Part shown: positions 1-10,636 of the stretch, piece after piece | Numbering within the stretch: the stretch's first letter is position 1 | Layout: each line of letters begins with the position of its first letter | Notes under the pieces: generated by a model | What the model was told of the DNA's origin: nothing | What the model saw: only the letters and a program-made list of their open reading frames with translations | Databases searched by the model: none | Program-made: the position numbers and the translations under genes | NCBI GenBank assembly: GCA_021780755.1 | Contig: JAJXYF010000010.1 | Coordinates: forward strand, 173,238 to 237,237 | Origin: Deltaproteobacteria bacterium | Lineage (GTDB): Bacteria > Desulfobacterota > Binatia > Binatales > Binataceae | Direction of reading: 5' to 3' | DNA length: 64,000 nt

Positions 1-878
1 ATGAGCGGGTGGTCCAGAAGCTCAATATCTGGACCGGACAGCCCAATTTGACCAAGTGGCGCCGTTTGGTGAAGACCGCGCAGAACCCCAAGGTCACGGT
101 GAATATCGCGGTGGTCGGCAAGTACGTGAACCTGGTCGATTCGTACAAGAGCCTGCACGAAGCGATCGCGCACGGGGCGATCGCCAACGAGGCCAAGGTC
201 GAGATCGATTACGTGGACGCCGAAGAACTCGAAAAAGGCGACCCGGCCAAGCGGCTCGCCAACGCGCACGCGATCATTATTCCGGGTGGCTTCGGCGAGC
301 GCGGAATCGAGGGCAAGATCAATGCGGTGCGCTATGCGCGGGAAAGCGGCGTGCCGATTCTCGGAATTTGCCTGGGCCTGCAGGTGATGGTGATTGAGCA
401 CGCGCGCCACGTGCTGGGAATCAAGCGGGCCAATTCGCAGGAGTTCGACGCGAAGACGCCCGACCCGGTGATCCACATGATGGATCAACAAAAGGGTGTC
501 GCGAACCTGGGCGGTACGATGCGCTTGGGTGCGTATCCCTGCGCGGTGCGGCCGGGGTCGCTGGCGGCGTCGCTCTACCGGCGCAACCCGATCGCCGAGC
601 GTCATCGCCATCGCTATGAAGTGAACAATCACTACCGCGCGGCGCTCGAGAAGGCGGGCTTCAAGGCGACCGGCACCTCGCCCGACGATTCGCTGGTCGA
701 GATTATGGAGCTGCCGACGCATCCGTGGTTTCTCGGCTGCCAGTTTCATCCGGAGCTGAAGTCGCGTCCGCTGGATTGTCATCCGCTGTTTCGCGGACTG
801 ATTCGCGCGGCGGTGCATCGGCGCTCGGCGATGACGCCGGAACGGTCGAAGGTACGGGAGTTGCGATCGGTTTCATGA
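1..878 (+). CDS. pyrG: CTP synthase, C-terminal glutamine amidotransferase part (5' truncated by window edge)
   Basis: ORF 9..878 translation contains the GATase motif GICLGLQ and the conserved CTP synthase C-terminus; the frame is open to the window start. Confidence 0.9.
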   Translation, partial: ERVVQKLNIWTGQPNLTKWRRLVKTAQNPKVTVNIAVVGKYVNLVDSYKSLHEAIAHGAIANEAKVEIDYVDAEELEKGDPAKRLANAHAIIIPGGFGERGIEGKINAVRYARESGVPILGICLGLQVMVIEHARHVLGIKRANSQEFDAKTPDPVIHMMDQQKGVANLGGTMRLGAYPCAVRPGSLAASLYRRNPIAERHRHRYEVNNHYRAALEKAGFKATGTSPDDSLVEIMELPTHPWFLGCQFHPELKSRPLDCHPLFRGLIRAAVHRRSAMTPERSKVRELRSVS

Positions 879-1717
879 AGGTGACGGCGGTGGACGCGGG
901 CGGCGTGGTCTTCGGCGGGCCACGCCTGGTCGCGATAGCGGGACCCTGCGTGATCGAGAGCGCCGAGTCGTCGCTGCGCCATGCCGAGCGGCTGGCGGCG
1001 ATTGCGCGGGCGACCGGCGTGCCGATCGTGTTCAAGTCGTCGTTCGACAAGGCCAATCGCACCAGCCACGGTTCATTTCGCGGACCTGGCCTGGAGGCCG
1101 GCCTGCGCGTGCTCGAACGGGTCAAGCGCGAAACCGGGATGGCCGTGCTGACCGATATCCACGAGCCGGATCAGGCGGCGGCGGCGGCCGAAGTCGTTGA
1201 CATCCTGCAGATCCCGGCGCTGCTCTCGCGCCAGACCGACCTGGTGTTCGCGGCGGCGCGGACTGGCCGTGTAGTCAATTTGAAGAAGGGGCAGTTCCTC
1301 GCGCCGTGGGACATGAAAGCGGTCGTCGGCAAGGCGGAGGAAGCGGGAAATCGGCGGCTGATTCTGACCGAGCGCGGCTTTTCGTTTGGTTACAACAATC
1401 TCGTCTCCGACATGCGATCGCTGGTGATCATGCGCGGGCTGGGTTACCCGGTGGTCTTCGATGCGACCCATTCGGTGCAGTTGCCAGGCGCGGGAGCGGG
1501 CGGTGAGCGATCGGGCGGCCAGCGCGAATTTGTCGCGCCGCTGGCGCGGGCGGCGGCGGCAGTCGGGATCGACGCGGTGTTCATGGAAGTACACGAAGAC
1601 CCCGACCACGCGTTGAGCGACGGACCGAACTCCTATCCGCTGGCACATTTGGCGGCGTTGCTCAGTGACTTGCGGCGAATCGACGAGTTGGCGCGCGAAA
1701 GCGTGGCGCGCGGCTGA
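875..1717 (+). CDS. kdsA: 2-dehydro-3-deoxyphosphooctonate aldolase (KDO-8-phosphate synthase)
   Basis: Internal Met ([10 protein letters not shown]...) of ORF 725..1717. The ATG overlaps the pyrG stop (ATGA). KdsA-like sequence throughout. Confidence 0.88.
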   Translation: MKVTAVDAGGVVFGGPRLVAIAGPCVIESAESSLRHAERLAAIARATGVPIVFKSSFDKANRTSHGSFRGPGLEAGLRVLERVKRETGMAVLTDIHEPDQAAAAAEVVDILQIPALLSRQTDLVFAAARTGRVVNLKKGQFLAPWDMKAVVGKAEEAGNRRLILTERGFSFGYNNLVSDMRSLVIMRGLGYPVVFDATHSVQLPGAGAGGERSGGQREFVAPLARAAAAVGIDAVFMEVHEDPDHALSDGPNSYPLAHLAALLSDLRRIDELARESVARG

Positions 1718-1850
1718 CGCGGCGGCCGGCGTTGTCGTAGCGTGCGCGCGGGCGTATCGTAAGAAGTCCGCGGCGGTCCCGCAGCCCATCTCACCACCGG
1801 TTTACTCTAAAAATGTCGCTTGATAGCCTTCAATCGGACGGGACACGCTG

Positions 1851-2450
1851 ATGAGCCCAAGGCGGATCGCCAAGGCGCTCGCGCTCTTCGGCAGCATCGC
1901 GCTGGGCGCGATTTTGATCGTTACTATCTGGGTCGTGAAGCACCGTACTTCGGGGCGCAAACTGGTCTCGGCCGCCGGACTGCTGCCGACTTCTCTGCTG
2001 CATGCGCGAAATTTCCATTGGACGCAGATGAAGGGAGAGACCAACCAATGGGTGTTGGCCGCCAAGGACGCGAGTTACTCCAACGACAAGACCAGCGTGA
2101 CGCTTAAGGAGGCGACGGTGTCGTTGACGACGGAGGACGGCAAGCACGTGAAGCTGACGGCGCCGCGGGCGGTGATTACGCTGGATGGAAATCACGTGAA
2201 GCGGGCGGCGCTCGATGGCGGGATCGTGGCGGTTTACGGCGATTACACCGTCACCACCGATCAGGCGGAATTTACCCCCGACGATGACCGTTTGCAGGCG
2301 CCGGGCGCGGTGAAGATAGAAGGGCAGGGGCTGACCGTCACCGGCGTTGGTTTGACCGGCCATCCAAAGACCGAAACCTTCGAATTGCTAAACGAAGTGA
2401 GCACCCAGATTGTACCGAAACCCAAAGGCGGTAACGCCAAGGTCTCCTGA
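1851..2450 (+). CDS. lptC: LPS export protein LptC (single N-terminal TM, periplasmic beta-jellyroll)
   Basis: 199-aa ORF with an N-terminal TM helix, placed directly upstream of lptA-rpoN. Size and architecture are typical of LptC. Confidence 0.7.
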   Translation: MSPRRIAKALALFGSIALGAILIVTIWVVKHRTSGRKLVSAAGLLPTSLLHARNFHWTQMKGETNQWVLAAKDASYSNDKTSVTLKEATVSLTTEDGKHVKLTAPRAVITLDGNHVKRAALDGGIVAVYGDYTVTTDQAEFTPDDDRLQAPGAVKIEGQGLTVTGVGLTGHPKTETFELLNEVSTQIVPKPKGGNAKVS

Positions 2451-2454
2451 AGCA

Positions 2455-3240
2455 ATGAAGCGCAAGGTGTTGATAGCGACGGCGGCAGTATGGGCGATAG
2501 CTGCGATTCCGCAGGTGCGCGGTGGGTGGGTGATGCCCGCGTTTGCGCAGGACGCGGCGGCAACGCGCGCCCCGGCGGTTGAGATGCCGCCGCCTTCGGG
2601 CGAGGTCCTGCCGCCCGCTCCGAGCACGATATCCTCGTCGGCACCCGCCGCCCCGATGGCCCCACCGGCCCTTTTTCCGCTCGGTAAACCGACGAGTGCG
2701 AGTCGCGTCAAAACCGCCTCGATTGGCCGCGACACCAAAGGCGCCGCCGCGGACAATGCGGCCGACAGCTCACCCTTCGGGGGCTTCGAGAACAATTCAA
2801 ATCACGGCCCGATCAACATCAAGTCCGACACCATGTCGTTCGACTACAAGAAGAGCGTGGTGATTTTCTCGGGTCACGTGCACGCCGTGCAGTCGGGCAA
2901 CGAACTGTCCTCCAACACCCTGCACGTGCAGATGAACAAGGACAGCCAGATTCAGCAAATGATCGCCGACGGCAACGTGCGCATGAGCCAGGGCCAGCGC
3001 TGGGCGACCGGCGACCACGCGGTGCTCGACCAGACCGTGCATACGCTGGTGCTGACCGGAAGCCCGGTGGTGCATGACGGTAACGATCAAATCGCGGGCA
3101 CCAAGATCACGGTCTTCCTGCAGACCAACACCAGCGAGGTAACCGATCCGAAGGCGGTGATCTTCCCTCGCGAGTCGAAAAAACCGAATAATAGCGAAGC
3201 GTCGGCGACTACGCCCGTTCCAGCGGGCGCCGGTGAGTAA
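2455..3240 (+). CDS. lptA: LPS transport periplasmic protein LptA (OstA-like)
   Basis: Starts at the internal Met MKRKVLIATAAV (signal peptide) within ORF 2410..3240. OstA/LptA-like repeated beta-strand sequence. Sits immediately 5' of rpoN. Confidence 0.72.
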   Translation: MKRKVLIATAAVWAIAAIPQVRGGWVMPAFAQDAAATRAPAVEMPPPSGEVLPPAPSTISSSAPAAPMAPPALFPLGKPTSASRVKTASIGRDTKGAAADNAADSSPFGGFENNSNHGPINIKSDTMSFDYKKSVVIFSGHVHAVQSGNELSSNTLHVQMNKDSQIQQMIADGNVRMSQGQRWATGDHAVLDQTVHTLVLTGSPVVHDGNDQIAGTKITVFLQTNTSEVTDPKAVIFPRESKKPNNSEASATTPVPAGAGE

Positions 3241-3255
3241 GCGGCGTTGGAGTAG

Positions 3256-4818
3256 ATGGCGCTCGAAGTAAAACTCGGACAGGACCTGCGGCTCCGCCAG
3301 CAACTGGTGATGACGCCGCAGTTGCAGCAGGCGATCAAGATCCTGCAACTGTCGCTGCCGGAGTTGGAGGCCGTCGTCCAGAGCGAACTCGACTCCAATC
3401 CGATGCTCGAGCCGCTTGACCAGAGCGTGGCGGAGGCGGCCGCCAACAGCGAGACCAACGAGACCTCCGAGGCCGGCGCCGAGCCCGAACCGTTGCAGCC
3501 CGAGCCCGAGGGGGACGGCGCGGGGACTATCGGCGAGAGCGACTGGGAGCCGGTGACCGAAGATCGGCCGGCCGAAATGCTCGCGACCGAGGCGCCCGAC
3601 GCCGCCGTCGAGTTGCGCGAGCTGAACAATCTGGAGAAGCTCGACTGGCGCGAATACCTCGAAAATTATTCCAACAACTGGCAGGACGGCGAGGCCCCGG
3701 ATTCCGACGACGACCGCCGCCAGACGCTCGAAAACACGCTCACCCGTAAGACCTCGCTCGAAGACCATCTGATGTGGCAGCTTAGGCTGTCGAACCTCGA
3801 CGAGACCGATCAGCGCGTCGGCGCGACGATCATCTACAACCTGAGCGACGACGGTTATCTCGAGACGCCGCTCGAAGAGCTGGCGGCGCAGCTCGAATGC
3901 GATGTGGCGCGGGTCGAGCGCGTGTTGAAGCGCGTGCAGCGGCTCGATCCGCCGGGCGTAGGCGCGCGCGACTTGCGCGAGTGTCTCTACGCGCAACTGA
4001 CCAACCTCGGGATGGAAGAGTCGCTCGCCGCGCGTATCGTGCTCAACCATCTGGGCCTGCTCGAGAAACATCGCTACAACGAAATCGCCAAAGCGCTCGG
4101 CATATCGCTCGAGATGGTGGGCGAGGCGGCGAAAGTGATCGGGCTGCTGGAGCCGAAGCCGGGGCGGGATTACGGCGGGCAGGAACCGGCCTATATCGTG
4201 CCCGACGTGTACATCCAGAAGATCGGCGACGAGTTCATGGTGACGCTGAACGAGAGCGCGGTGCCCCGTCTGCGTCTGGCAAATTACTATCAGCGGGTGC
4301 TCAACGACGCGTCGGCCGGGGCCGAGACCAAGGAGTACCTGCAGGAGCGGCTGCGCTCGGCGCGCTGGCTGGTGAAGTCTATCTTTCAGCGCCAGCAAAC
4401 CATCTTCAAGGTCGCCAATTCGATTGTGAAGTTTCAGCGCGCGTTTTTCGAGCACGGCATCGGCCAGTTGAAGCCGCTGGTCTTGAAGGACGTGGCCGAG
4501 GACATCGGCATGCACGAGTCCACCATCAGCCGTGCGACCGCGAATAAGTACGCGCACACGCCGCAGGGTATCCATGAGCTCAAGTTCTTTTTCACCTCGG
4601 GGGTCAAGGGGACCGACGGCGGGGACGTCAGCGCCGAGACCGTGAAAGAAAAGATTCGCGCACTGGTGACCGGCGAAAAGCAGGGCGATCCACTGTCCGA
4701 CCAGGCCCTCGCCGACATCCTGCGCGTCGATCAAATCGATATTGCCCGGCGCACCGTGGCCAAGTACCGGCAGGCGCTGGGGATCCTGCCTTCGGGCCGC
4801 CGCAAGCGGCTCGGCTAG
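3256..4818 (+). CDS. rpoN: RNA polymerase sigma-54 factor
   Basis: N-terminal activator-interaction region (LRLRQQLVMTPQLQQAIKILQLS), acidic linker, C-terminal RpoN box ARRTVAKYR. Confidence 0.95.
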   Translation: MALEVKLGQDLRLRQQLVMTPQLQQAIKILQLSLPELEAVVQSELDSNPMLEPLDQSVAEAAANSETNETSEAGAEPEPLQPEPEGDGAGTIGESDWEPVTEDRPAEMLATEAPDAAVELRELNNLEKLDWREYLENYSNNWQDGEAPDSDDDRRQTLENTLTRKTSLEDHLMWQLRLSNLDETDQRVGATIIYNLSDDGYLETPLEELAAQLECDVARVERVLKRVQRLDPPGVGARDLRECLYAQLTNLGMEESLAARIVLNHLGLLEKHRYNEIAKALGISLEMVGEAAKVIGLLEPKPGRDYGGQEPAYIVPDVYIQKIGDEFMVTLNESAVPRLRLANYYQRVLNDASAGAETKEYLQERLRSARWLVKSIFQRQQTIFKVANSIVKFQRAFFEHGIGQLKPLVLKDVAEDIGMHESTISRATANKYAHTPQGIHELKFFFTSGVKGTDGGDVSAETVKEKIRALVTGEKQGDPLSDQALADILRVDQIDIARRTVAKYRQALGILPSGRRKRLG

Positions 4819-4846
4819 CCTCATCTAGAGTACGGGGTGTAGGCGA

Positions 4847-5299
4847 ATGACCAAGACCAAAGTGGGAAAGAAAACGCGGGTGGCGGCGGCGAGTGCGACG
4901 TCACGGACCTTGCGCAAGGCGCAGGTTCCAACAGTGGCGGTGACCGTAACTTTTCGCCATGTCGAACCGAGCGCGGCGATCCGGACCTACGCGGAGCGGA
5001 AGTTTTCGCATCTGGCGAAATTCCTCAAGCGGGCGTGCCAGGCGCATTTGATTCTCACCATCGACAAATATCGGCAACATGGGGAAGTTACGCTAAAGTC
5101 CGGACGTCTGGCGGTCACCGCGCAGGAGGAGACCAAGGACCTCTATGCCGTCATCGATTTGCTGGCGGACAAGGTGGGACGCCAGTTGAAGAGCCAGCAG
5201 GGTAAAGCCAAAGACAAGAAGGTGCGCGCGCTGTCAACCGGAGAGGTTCTCAGCGCCGCCGAGGAACAAACGCCGAACAGCGGTACAAGCCGCGTCTGA
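4847..5299 (+). CDS. hpf: ribosome hibernation promoting factor / sigma-54 modulation protein
   Basis: 150 aa. Position directly after rpoN. RaiA/HPF-like sequence. Confidence 0.8.
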   Translation: MTKTKVGKKTRVAAASATSRTLRKAQVPTVAVTVTFRHVEPSAAIRTYAERKFSHLAKFLKRACQAHLILTIDKYRQHGEVTLKSGRLAVTAQEETKDLYAVIDLLADKVGRQLKSQQGKAKDKKVRALSTGEVLSAAEEQTPNSGTSRV

Positions 5300-5303
5300 G
5301 CCG

Positions 5304-5765
5304 ATGAAAATCACTGAAATTCTGACACCGGACCTGGTGTTGCCGGATTTGCACGGCACCACCAAGGCCGAAATTTTGCGCGAGCTGGCGCAATGTCTCG
5401 CGGCCAAGTTCAAGGATATCAATGTTGACGATCTGGCGGCGGTGCTGGCCGAACGCGAGCGGCTGGGATCGACCGCGATCGGCGACGGCATCGCGATTCC
5501 GCACGGCAAGATCCGCGGCGCGACGAAGATCGTCGGAGCGTTCGGGCGCCACACCGCGGAGGTCGATTTCGAATCCCTCGACGGGGGGCCGACGCACCTC
5601 TTTTTCGTCCTGATCGCGCCCGAGGATTCGACCAGCCTGCACTTGAAGGCGCTCGCACGGGTATCGCGCCTGCTCAAGGACGCAGCCTTCCGCGAGCGGC
5701 TGCTCGCCGCGCCCGACGCCGGCGCGATCTATGGTCTGATCGTCGAGGAGGACGGGCGCTACTGA
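5304..5765 (+). CDS. ptsN: PTS IIA-Ntr (nitrogen regulatory EIIA)
   Basis: 153 aa with the phosphorylatable His region GIAIPHGK. Conserved rpoN-operon position. Confidence 0.85.
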   Translation: MKITEILTPDLVLPDLHGTTKAEILRELAQCLAAKFKDINVDDLAAVLAERERLGSTAIGDGIAIPHGKIRGATKIVGAFGRHTAEVDFESLDGGPTHLFFVLIAPEDSTSLHLKALARVSRLLKDAAFRERLLAAPDAGAIYGLIVEEDGRY

Positions 5766-5829
5766 ACGCACGCCGCGACGGGCGGGCGCGATCGAACGGC
5801 CGTCGCGAACGGGAGGCCTAAATTCCGCG

Positions 5830-6720
5830 ATGAGTCCCGGCGCAAACCAGACGCATCACGAGCCCCGCCTGATCATCGTAACCGGGGTCTCCGGATCGGG
5901 GCGCGTTTCCGCGATGCGCGTGCTCGAGGATCTGGGCTTCTATTGCGTTGATAATCTGCCGGTCGCGCTGGCGCCGACCGTGGTCAAACTGGCGCGCGAA
6001 CGCAAACCCGCCATCGCCAACGTCGCGCTCGGCATCGACGCCCGCGAGCGCATTTTCTTTCCCCAATGGCCACAGGTGCTCGACGAGCTCGAGCGCGACG
6101 GTTTCAGCCCCGACATAATTTTTCTCGACGCCTCCGACGAAGTACTGGCGCGCCGCTACTCGGAGAGCCGCCGGCCCCATCCGATGGCCGAGAACGGAGC
6201 AAGCGTCGCCGACAGTATCCGGCTCGAGCGCCTGGCACTGGCCGAGATGCGCGAGCGGGCCACCCGCATCATCGACACCACCACACTCACGGTACACGAA
6301 CTGCGCGAAGTGATGACCGCGGCGGTGCTGCGGGCCGCAGATGGCACGCGGATGGCGATCGCGCTGGTCTCGTTCGGCTACAAATACGGACAGCCGGTAG
6401 GCCTCGATTTGGTGCTCGACGTGCGCTTCATCCCCAATCCGTTTTTCGTGGCGGAGTTGCGCCCGCTGACTGGACTCGACGCGCGCGTCGGCGAATACGT
6501 GATGGCGCAGCCGGAGGCGCGGCGCTTCATCGACGAGATTGGACGCCTCCTGGAATTCCTGCTGCCGCTCTATCGGCGAGAGGGCAAAAGCTACCTGACG
6601 ATCGGACTCGGATGCACCGGCGGACGCCATCGGTCACCGGTGCTCGCGCGCGAATTGCGCGATCGGCTGGCGCAGATCGGCTTCGAAGCGGTCGTTCGCG
6701 ACCACGACATCTCACGCTGA
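5830..6720 (+). CDS. rapZ: RNase adapter protein RapZ (P-loop NTPase, YhbJ family)
   Basis: Walker A motif GVSGSGR near the N-terminus. 296 aa. Follows ptsN as in the canonical rpoN operon. Confidence 0.85.
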   Translation: MSPGANQTHHEPRLIIVTGVSGSGRVSAMRVLEDLGFYCVDNLPVALAPTVVKLARERKPAIANVALGIDARERIFFPQWPQVLDELERDGFSPDIIFLDASDEVLARRYSESRRPHPMAENGASVADSIRLERLALAEMRERATRIIDTTTLTVHELREVMTAAVLRAADGTRMAIALVSFGYKYGQPVGLDLVLDVRFIPNPFFVAELRPLTGLDARVGEYVMAQPEARRFIDEIGRLLEFLLPLYRREGKSYLTIGLGCTGGRHRSPVLARELRDRLAQIGFEAVVRDHDISR

Positions 6721-6746
6721 ATGCGCAATCAGCACGCGCGGACCGT

Positions 6747-7529
6747 TCAGTTCATAATGCTGCCGGCGTCCACGTTGATGGTCTGTCCGGTCACCCCCGA
6801 TGACAGGTCGCTCACGAGGAAGGTCGCGACGCGCGCCACCTCGTGCTCGGTGACCATCCGCTGCAATGCGGCGGTCGAAGTGAACCCCTTCTTGATTTGA
6901 TCGTAGGGCACGCCCATCGCCTCGGCGCGCGCGCGAATCACGCGTTCGATGCGGTCGCCCTCGACCGCGCCGGGGCATATACAGTTAACGCGGATGCCGT
7001 CGCTGCCCCATTCGCCGGCGAGGGTCTGCGTCAACCCGATCATCGCCCACTTGGAGGCGGCATAGGGCGAGCGCAACGGATAGCCGCGCCGGCCCGCGCC
7101 CGACGAGATCATCAGGATGTTGCCCGCGTGCTGTTTGACCATCGAGGGGATCGCGGCGCGCGACGCGAGCCACGCGCCGGTCAGGTTGATGTCGAGGACT
7201 TCCTGCCATTCCGCCAGCGCCATCTCGGTGCTGCGCTTGGTCGGTCCCGCGATGCCCGCGTTGTTCACCAGGATATCGACGCGACCGAACGCTTTGACGG
7301 TTTCATCGACCATGCGCGCGCAATCGGCTTCCTTCGCGACGTCGGCGCGAATCGCGATGGCGCGGACGCCGAGTTTCTCGACCGCCGCGCGGGTTTCGTT
7401 GAGCGGACCTTCGGAGCGCGCCGCGAGCGCGATCTTCATTCCATGCTGGGCGTAGAGCAGGGCGATTTCCTTGCCGATTCCGTAGCCGCCGCCGGTAATT
7501 AGCGCGACCTTTTCCTTCAACTCCTGCAT
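6747..7529 (-). CDS. short-chain dehydrogenase/reductase (SDR) family oxidoreductase
   Basis: Internal Met MQELKEKVALITGGGYGIGK (TGxxxGxG Rossmann motif). NNAG and YxxxK SDR signatures. Start chosen at the conserved N-terminus. Confidence 0.8.
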   Translation of the reverse strand: MQELKEKVALITGGGYGIGKEIALLYAQHGMKIALAARSEGPLNETRAAVEKLGVRAIAIRADVAKEADCARMVDETVKAFGRVDILVNNAGIAGPTKRSTEMALAEWQEVLDINLTGAWLASRAAIPSMVKQHAGNILMISSGAGRRGYPLRSPYAASKWAMIGLTQTLAGEWGSDGIRVNCICPGAVEGDRIERVIRARAEAMGVPYDQIKKGFTSTAALQRMVTEHEVARVATFLVSDLSSGVTGQTINVDAGSIMN

Positions 7530-7775
7530 CGGGAGGTTCCTCTGTGAATTGCGACCAATGGCGCAATAGGATTCTGAGGCCGAATCTAGTCGCATTCCGC
7601 GCGCCATGACAAACGCGAAATCAGGCTCTCGCGCCGAAAACCCCATTGGCGGCTATTTCGTCCATTGAAGCCAGGTCGGCACGACGCACGGCTTAATATT
7701 CGCGCGGTTGGGTCCATTCGCGCGAAGTGCCTTGTCACAGATCTGACCGCTCCGTATCATTACACCACCGCACCA

Positions 7776-8480
7776 ATGGCCGCAGTCAAAGAAATAACCG
7801 TGCCACCGGGCAAATCGGCCGATGGCAATTCGACGCTTCTGAACCTGCTCAGGATTTCGATCCTGTTATTGCTGGTGGGCGGATCGATCTACTTGCTGGC
7901 GACCCACGCCGAATGGTTCGAAAATCCGCGCCTGGTCAAGGTCGAAGTGACTCGGTGGGGTGCGTGGGGACCGATCGCCTTCATCCTGCTCTTCGCGCTG
8001 GGGCCTTCGTTCCTGGTGCCCGGCGCGGTGATGACGATCGCGGGGGGACTCGCGTTCGGCGCGTTTTGGGGTGCGCTGTGGTCGGTTATCGGATCGGACC
8101 TGGGCGCGTTGATTGCGTTCGGCGCGGGGCGCTTTCTCGGCCGCTCTTTCGTCCAGAAATTTGTTGGTGAGCGCTTCCAGACCCTGATGGGGCGCTTGGC
8201 GCGCAATGGCTTCTACATCATTCTGTACCTGCGCATCGTTCCGGTGATTCCGTACAACGCGCTCAATCTGCTGGCCGGCGCGTCGCCGATCGAATTTCGT
8301 GATTACTTCTGGGCGAGCGCGATCGGCATCCTTCCCGGTACGATTCTATTTGCGATGCTCGGCGACGCGCTGTGGCATCCGACGCAGCCCCGCTTCTTCA
8401 TCGCGGTCGGGCTAATCCTGTGCTGCTTCGCGGCGGGCGAGATCTTCCGCCGCCGCAACAAAGTCACCGTCGCCGTGTGA
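7776..8480 (+). CDS. DedA/TVP38 family membrane protein
   Basis: Multi-TM protein carrying the DedA signature G...FLG..R.VP..R. Internal Met start MAAVKE chosen. Confidence 0.75.
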   Translation: MAAVKEITVPPGKSADGNSTLLNLLRISILLLLVGGSIYLLATHAEWFENPRLVKVEVTRWGAWGPIAFILLFALGPSFLVPGAVMTIAGGLAFGAFWGALWSVIGSDLGALIAFGAGRFLGRSFVQKFVGERFQTLMGRLARNGFYIILYLRIVPVIPYNALNLLAGASPIEFRDYFWASAIGILPGTILFAMLGDALWHPTQPRFFIAVGLILCCFAAGEIFRRRNKVTVAV

Positions 8481-8731
8481 TTTTCGGATAGCGTCGGTGG
8501 GCATTCGCGGGACTACGTCGTTTCAAAAATAATAGCGGGCGGACATCATCGATTCATAAGCCTGTCAGAGCTCACGAGCTCGTCATCGAAAGTAAATTCA
8601 TCCGCTCCCTACAGGCCCGGGTTGTGATCCGCCGGAAGAATCGGACTCGAGAGCAGCTAATCGTTCCGGCTGCTCATTACCGTAAGCTCGCACGCTCTCG
8701 CTCCAATCACAATTTTCGGTTGCCGTAATTC

Positions 8732-8760
8732 TTGACACAGTAGACTTCCTGTAATTTAAT
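8732..8760 (+). promoter_or_regulatory. near-consensus sigma70 promoter (TTGACA-N17-TTTAAT) driving the low-GC islet ORFs
   Basis: TTGACA at 8732-8737 and TTTAAT at 8755-8760 with a 17-bp spacer, about 50 bp upstream of the first islet ORF. Confidence 0.5.
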
Positions 8761-8813
8761 ATCGTCAGCGTTACGGTATTACCGAAATGGATCAAAATAA
8801 GAGAGGCCGAGCG

Positions 8814-9557
8814 ATGGCAACAGAGCCGCCGAGTGAAGAAAAACAGCCGGAGAACAAACAAGCTCCGCCCTATGTACCATATCAAACCTTTGAAGCCTTT
8901 CTGGAGAGGCTCAAAGGCACTGTGACACCTACGCGTATCGACTCGAGCGTGTTGCGACACTTGTCTGGCTCCACGCAAACTCAGCTTCTTTCGGCGCTCA
9001 AGTTTCTCGGACTGATAAAGACCGACGGCGCGGTCAACGAATCGCTTAGGCGGATGGTCATCGCCTATAAAACTCAGAAATGGAAAGAGGAGTTGACCGC
9101 GCTGATCGCGGCGCCTTATCGGCCGATAATAGGAGACCTCGACATCGCTACTGCCACCTCTGCGCAACTGAAAGAAAGGTTCCGCGAAGCAGGCGGCGTC
9201 GAAGGAGATACCGTCGAAAAATGCATCCGTTTCTACCTGATGGTACTGAAAGAAGCCGGTGTGCAATTTTCACCGCTCCTTAAAATTCGGCAGCGCATTG
9301 CTCGCGGGACAGGTTCGAAGCGGGCGAACAAGCAGCGCAGCGCCGCGCCCTCGGCTGTCTCTGAAAACGGAGATGAGGATTTCCAAGCACCCGAAGGAAC
9401 TTTCAAGATTCCCTTGGATATTCTTGGGATTGCCGCAGTCCTCTATTTGCCAACAGAAATCACACAGAAGCGCTGGGACGCAATCAGTCAATATGTCAAG
9501 ACGCTGATCGGCTTGAGAGCCACCGCTATGGGGGCTGACGAAGATGAAGGCAACTAG
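8814..9557 (+). CDS. hypothetical protein (low-GC islet gene 1, ~247 aa, no recognised family)
   Basis: Long ORF in the AT-rich islet. The ATG at 8814 has a good SD (AAGAGAGG, 7 nt spacer); the ATG at 8787 is the alternative. Soluble, charged protein. Confidence 0.5.
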   Translation: MATEPPSEEKQPENKQAPPYVPYQTFEAFLERLKGTVTPTRIDSSVLRHLSGSTQTQLLSALKFLGLIKTDGAVNESLRRMVIAYKTQKWKEELTALIAAPYRPIIGDLDIATATSAQLKERFREAGGVEGDTVEKCIRFYLMVLKEAGVQFSPLLKIRQRIARGTGSKRANKQRSAAPSAVSENGDEDFQAPEGTFKIPLDILGIAAVLYLPTEITQKRWDAISQYVKTLIGLRATAMGADEDEGN

Positions 9558-9598
9558 GACAAATCGAAAAGGGTTGGCTGCGGGAGCAGTTTGAGGCG

Positions 9599-9967
9599 AT
9601 GACCGACGATCCGTCCATTCTCGGCTCTGTAGTCGTTTACCGGCGCATACAGGCTGCATATTTGGATTTTGACATGACAGGCAAACCGGTCATTTCGGAT
9701 GGAGCCTTTCGGACGAAAGCCCTGTCAGTGTTTCGATGCGACAAGGTAACTGAGTCCGAAGTCTTGAACGGCTACCCAATGGACGGGTTGGTTCAGGTCA
9801 GCATTCAAGCTATTCGCGATGCGGGCTGCATTGTGGAATACGACGAACCGCCAACCGGACATATTTGCGTGTATAAAAAAGACGCCCCAGGTTCACGCAT
9901 CTCTAGCGGCTCGGCGGCCAGAATGGCGCGTGCAGCGACTTGGGTTAAGGTACCGATAAAGCCGTAA
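9599..9967 (+). CDS. hypothetical protein (islet gene 2, 122 aa)
   Basis: ORF 42 bp downstream of gene 1 on the same strand. No family recognised. Confidence 0.4.
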   Translation: MTDDPSILGSVVVYRRIQAAYLDFDMTGKPVISDGAFRTKALSVFRCDKVTESEVLNGYPMDGLVQVSIQAIRDAGCIVEYDEPPTGHICVYKKDAPGSRISSGSAARMARAATWVKVPIKP

Positions 9968-9975
9968 CAGTGATG

Positions 9976-10320
9976 TTAACGCCAGCGCATCCAGTTTAGG
10001 AGCGCGATTACATGCCGCTCATAATCCTCTGCAATCTCGCCCTCAGTGCTCGGTTTACCATCAATGATGGTCAAATAGGCAAGGTGTTCGCTGTCTGGCA
10101 GAATTTCCAGATCGAGTTCTCTACTTGTGCCTTTCCACTCGAACTGAACACCACCAATTTCCGTGGGAAATACGAACGGAGCGGGCGACCGTTCGCTATC
10201 AATTAAAAGTGCAATCTGACGAGCACGTTCGAGTGCTCGAGAGCACGGGGACGTGGGCGATTGTTCAAGCCCCTTGAGGGCGTCAAGCGCACTCCGTTGC
10301 GGGGTTTGCAATTCAGGCAT
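9976..10320 (-). CDS. hypothetical protein (islet gene 3, 114 aa, convergent to gene 2)
   Basis: ORF with a GGGGG SD-like motif 8 nt upstream of its ATG. No family recognised. Confidence 0.4.
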   Translation of the reverse strand: MPELQTPQRSALDALKGLEQSPTSPCSRALERARQIALLIDSERSPAPFVFPTEIGGVQFEWKGTSRELDLEILPDSEHLAYLTIIDGKPSTEGEIAEDYERHVIALLNWMRWR

Positions 10321-10636
10321 TGCTTTCTACCCCCATGGTTACAGTTTAGTCACTGTGCGCCCCGGAAGATACTGCAATATTTTGGGATCAACAAGTTTGG
10401 CTGGAGCGTTTCGCCTACCATGGTCATGCTGCTTTACTACTGCTTTTGCTGCGTTCTTCCGTGGTTCGCCGCCGTGTGGGCCTTTACGCCCTTGAGGCCT
10501 TCGAGCCGTCTTAGTGCCGCCGCACGGCCCTCTGCGGACCTCCTTTTCGCTCAAATCCAACCCGTTCGTTAGCATCAATGTAATGCGGGTGCGCCCCGTG
10601 TTTAACGATGGTGAAGGCCGGAAGCGCCGACCCGGA

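Noticed and set aside
2797-4824. 675-aa minus-strand ORF
   Set aside because: Antisense to rpoN; a GC-bias artefact with no recognisable domains.
10339-10578. 79-aa highly basic ORF in the low-GC islet non-coding stretch
   Set aside because: No SD, odd composition, and a TTG/ATG start ambiguity. More likely a UTR or sRNA region than a protein. Mentioned under the islet finding only.
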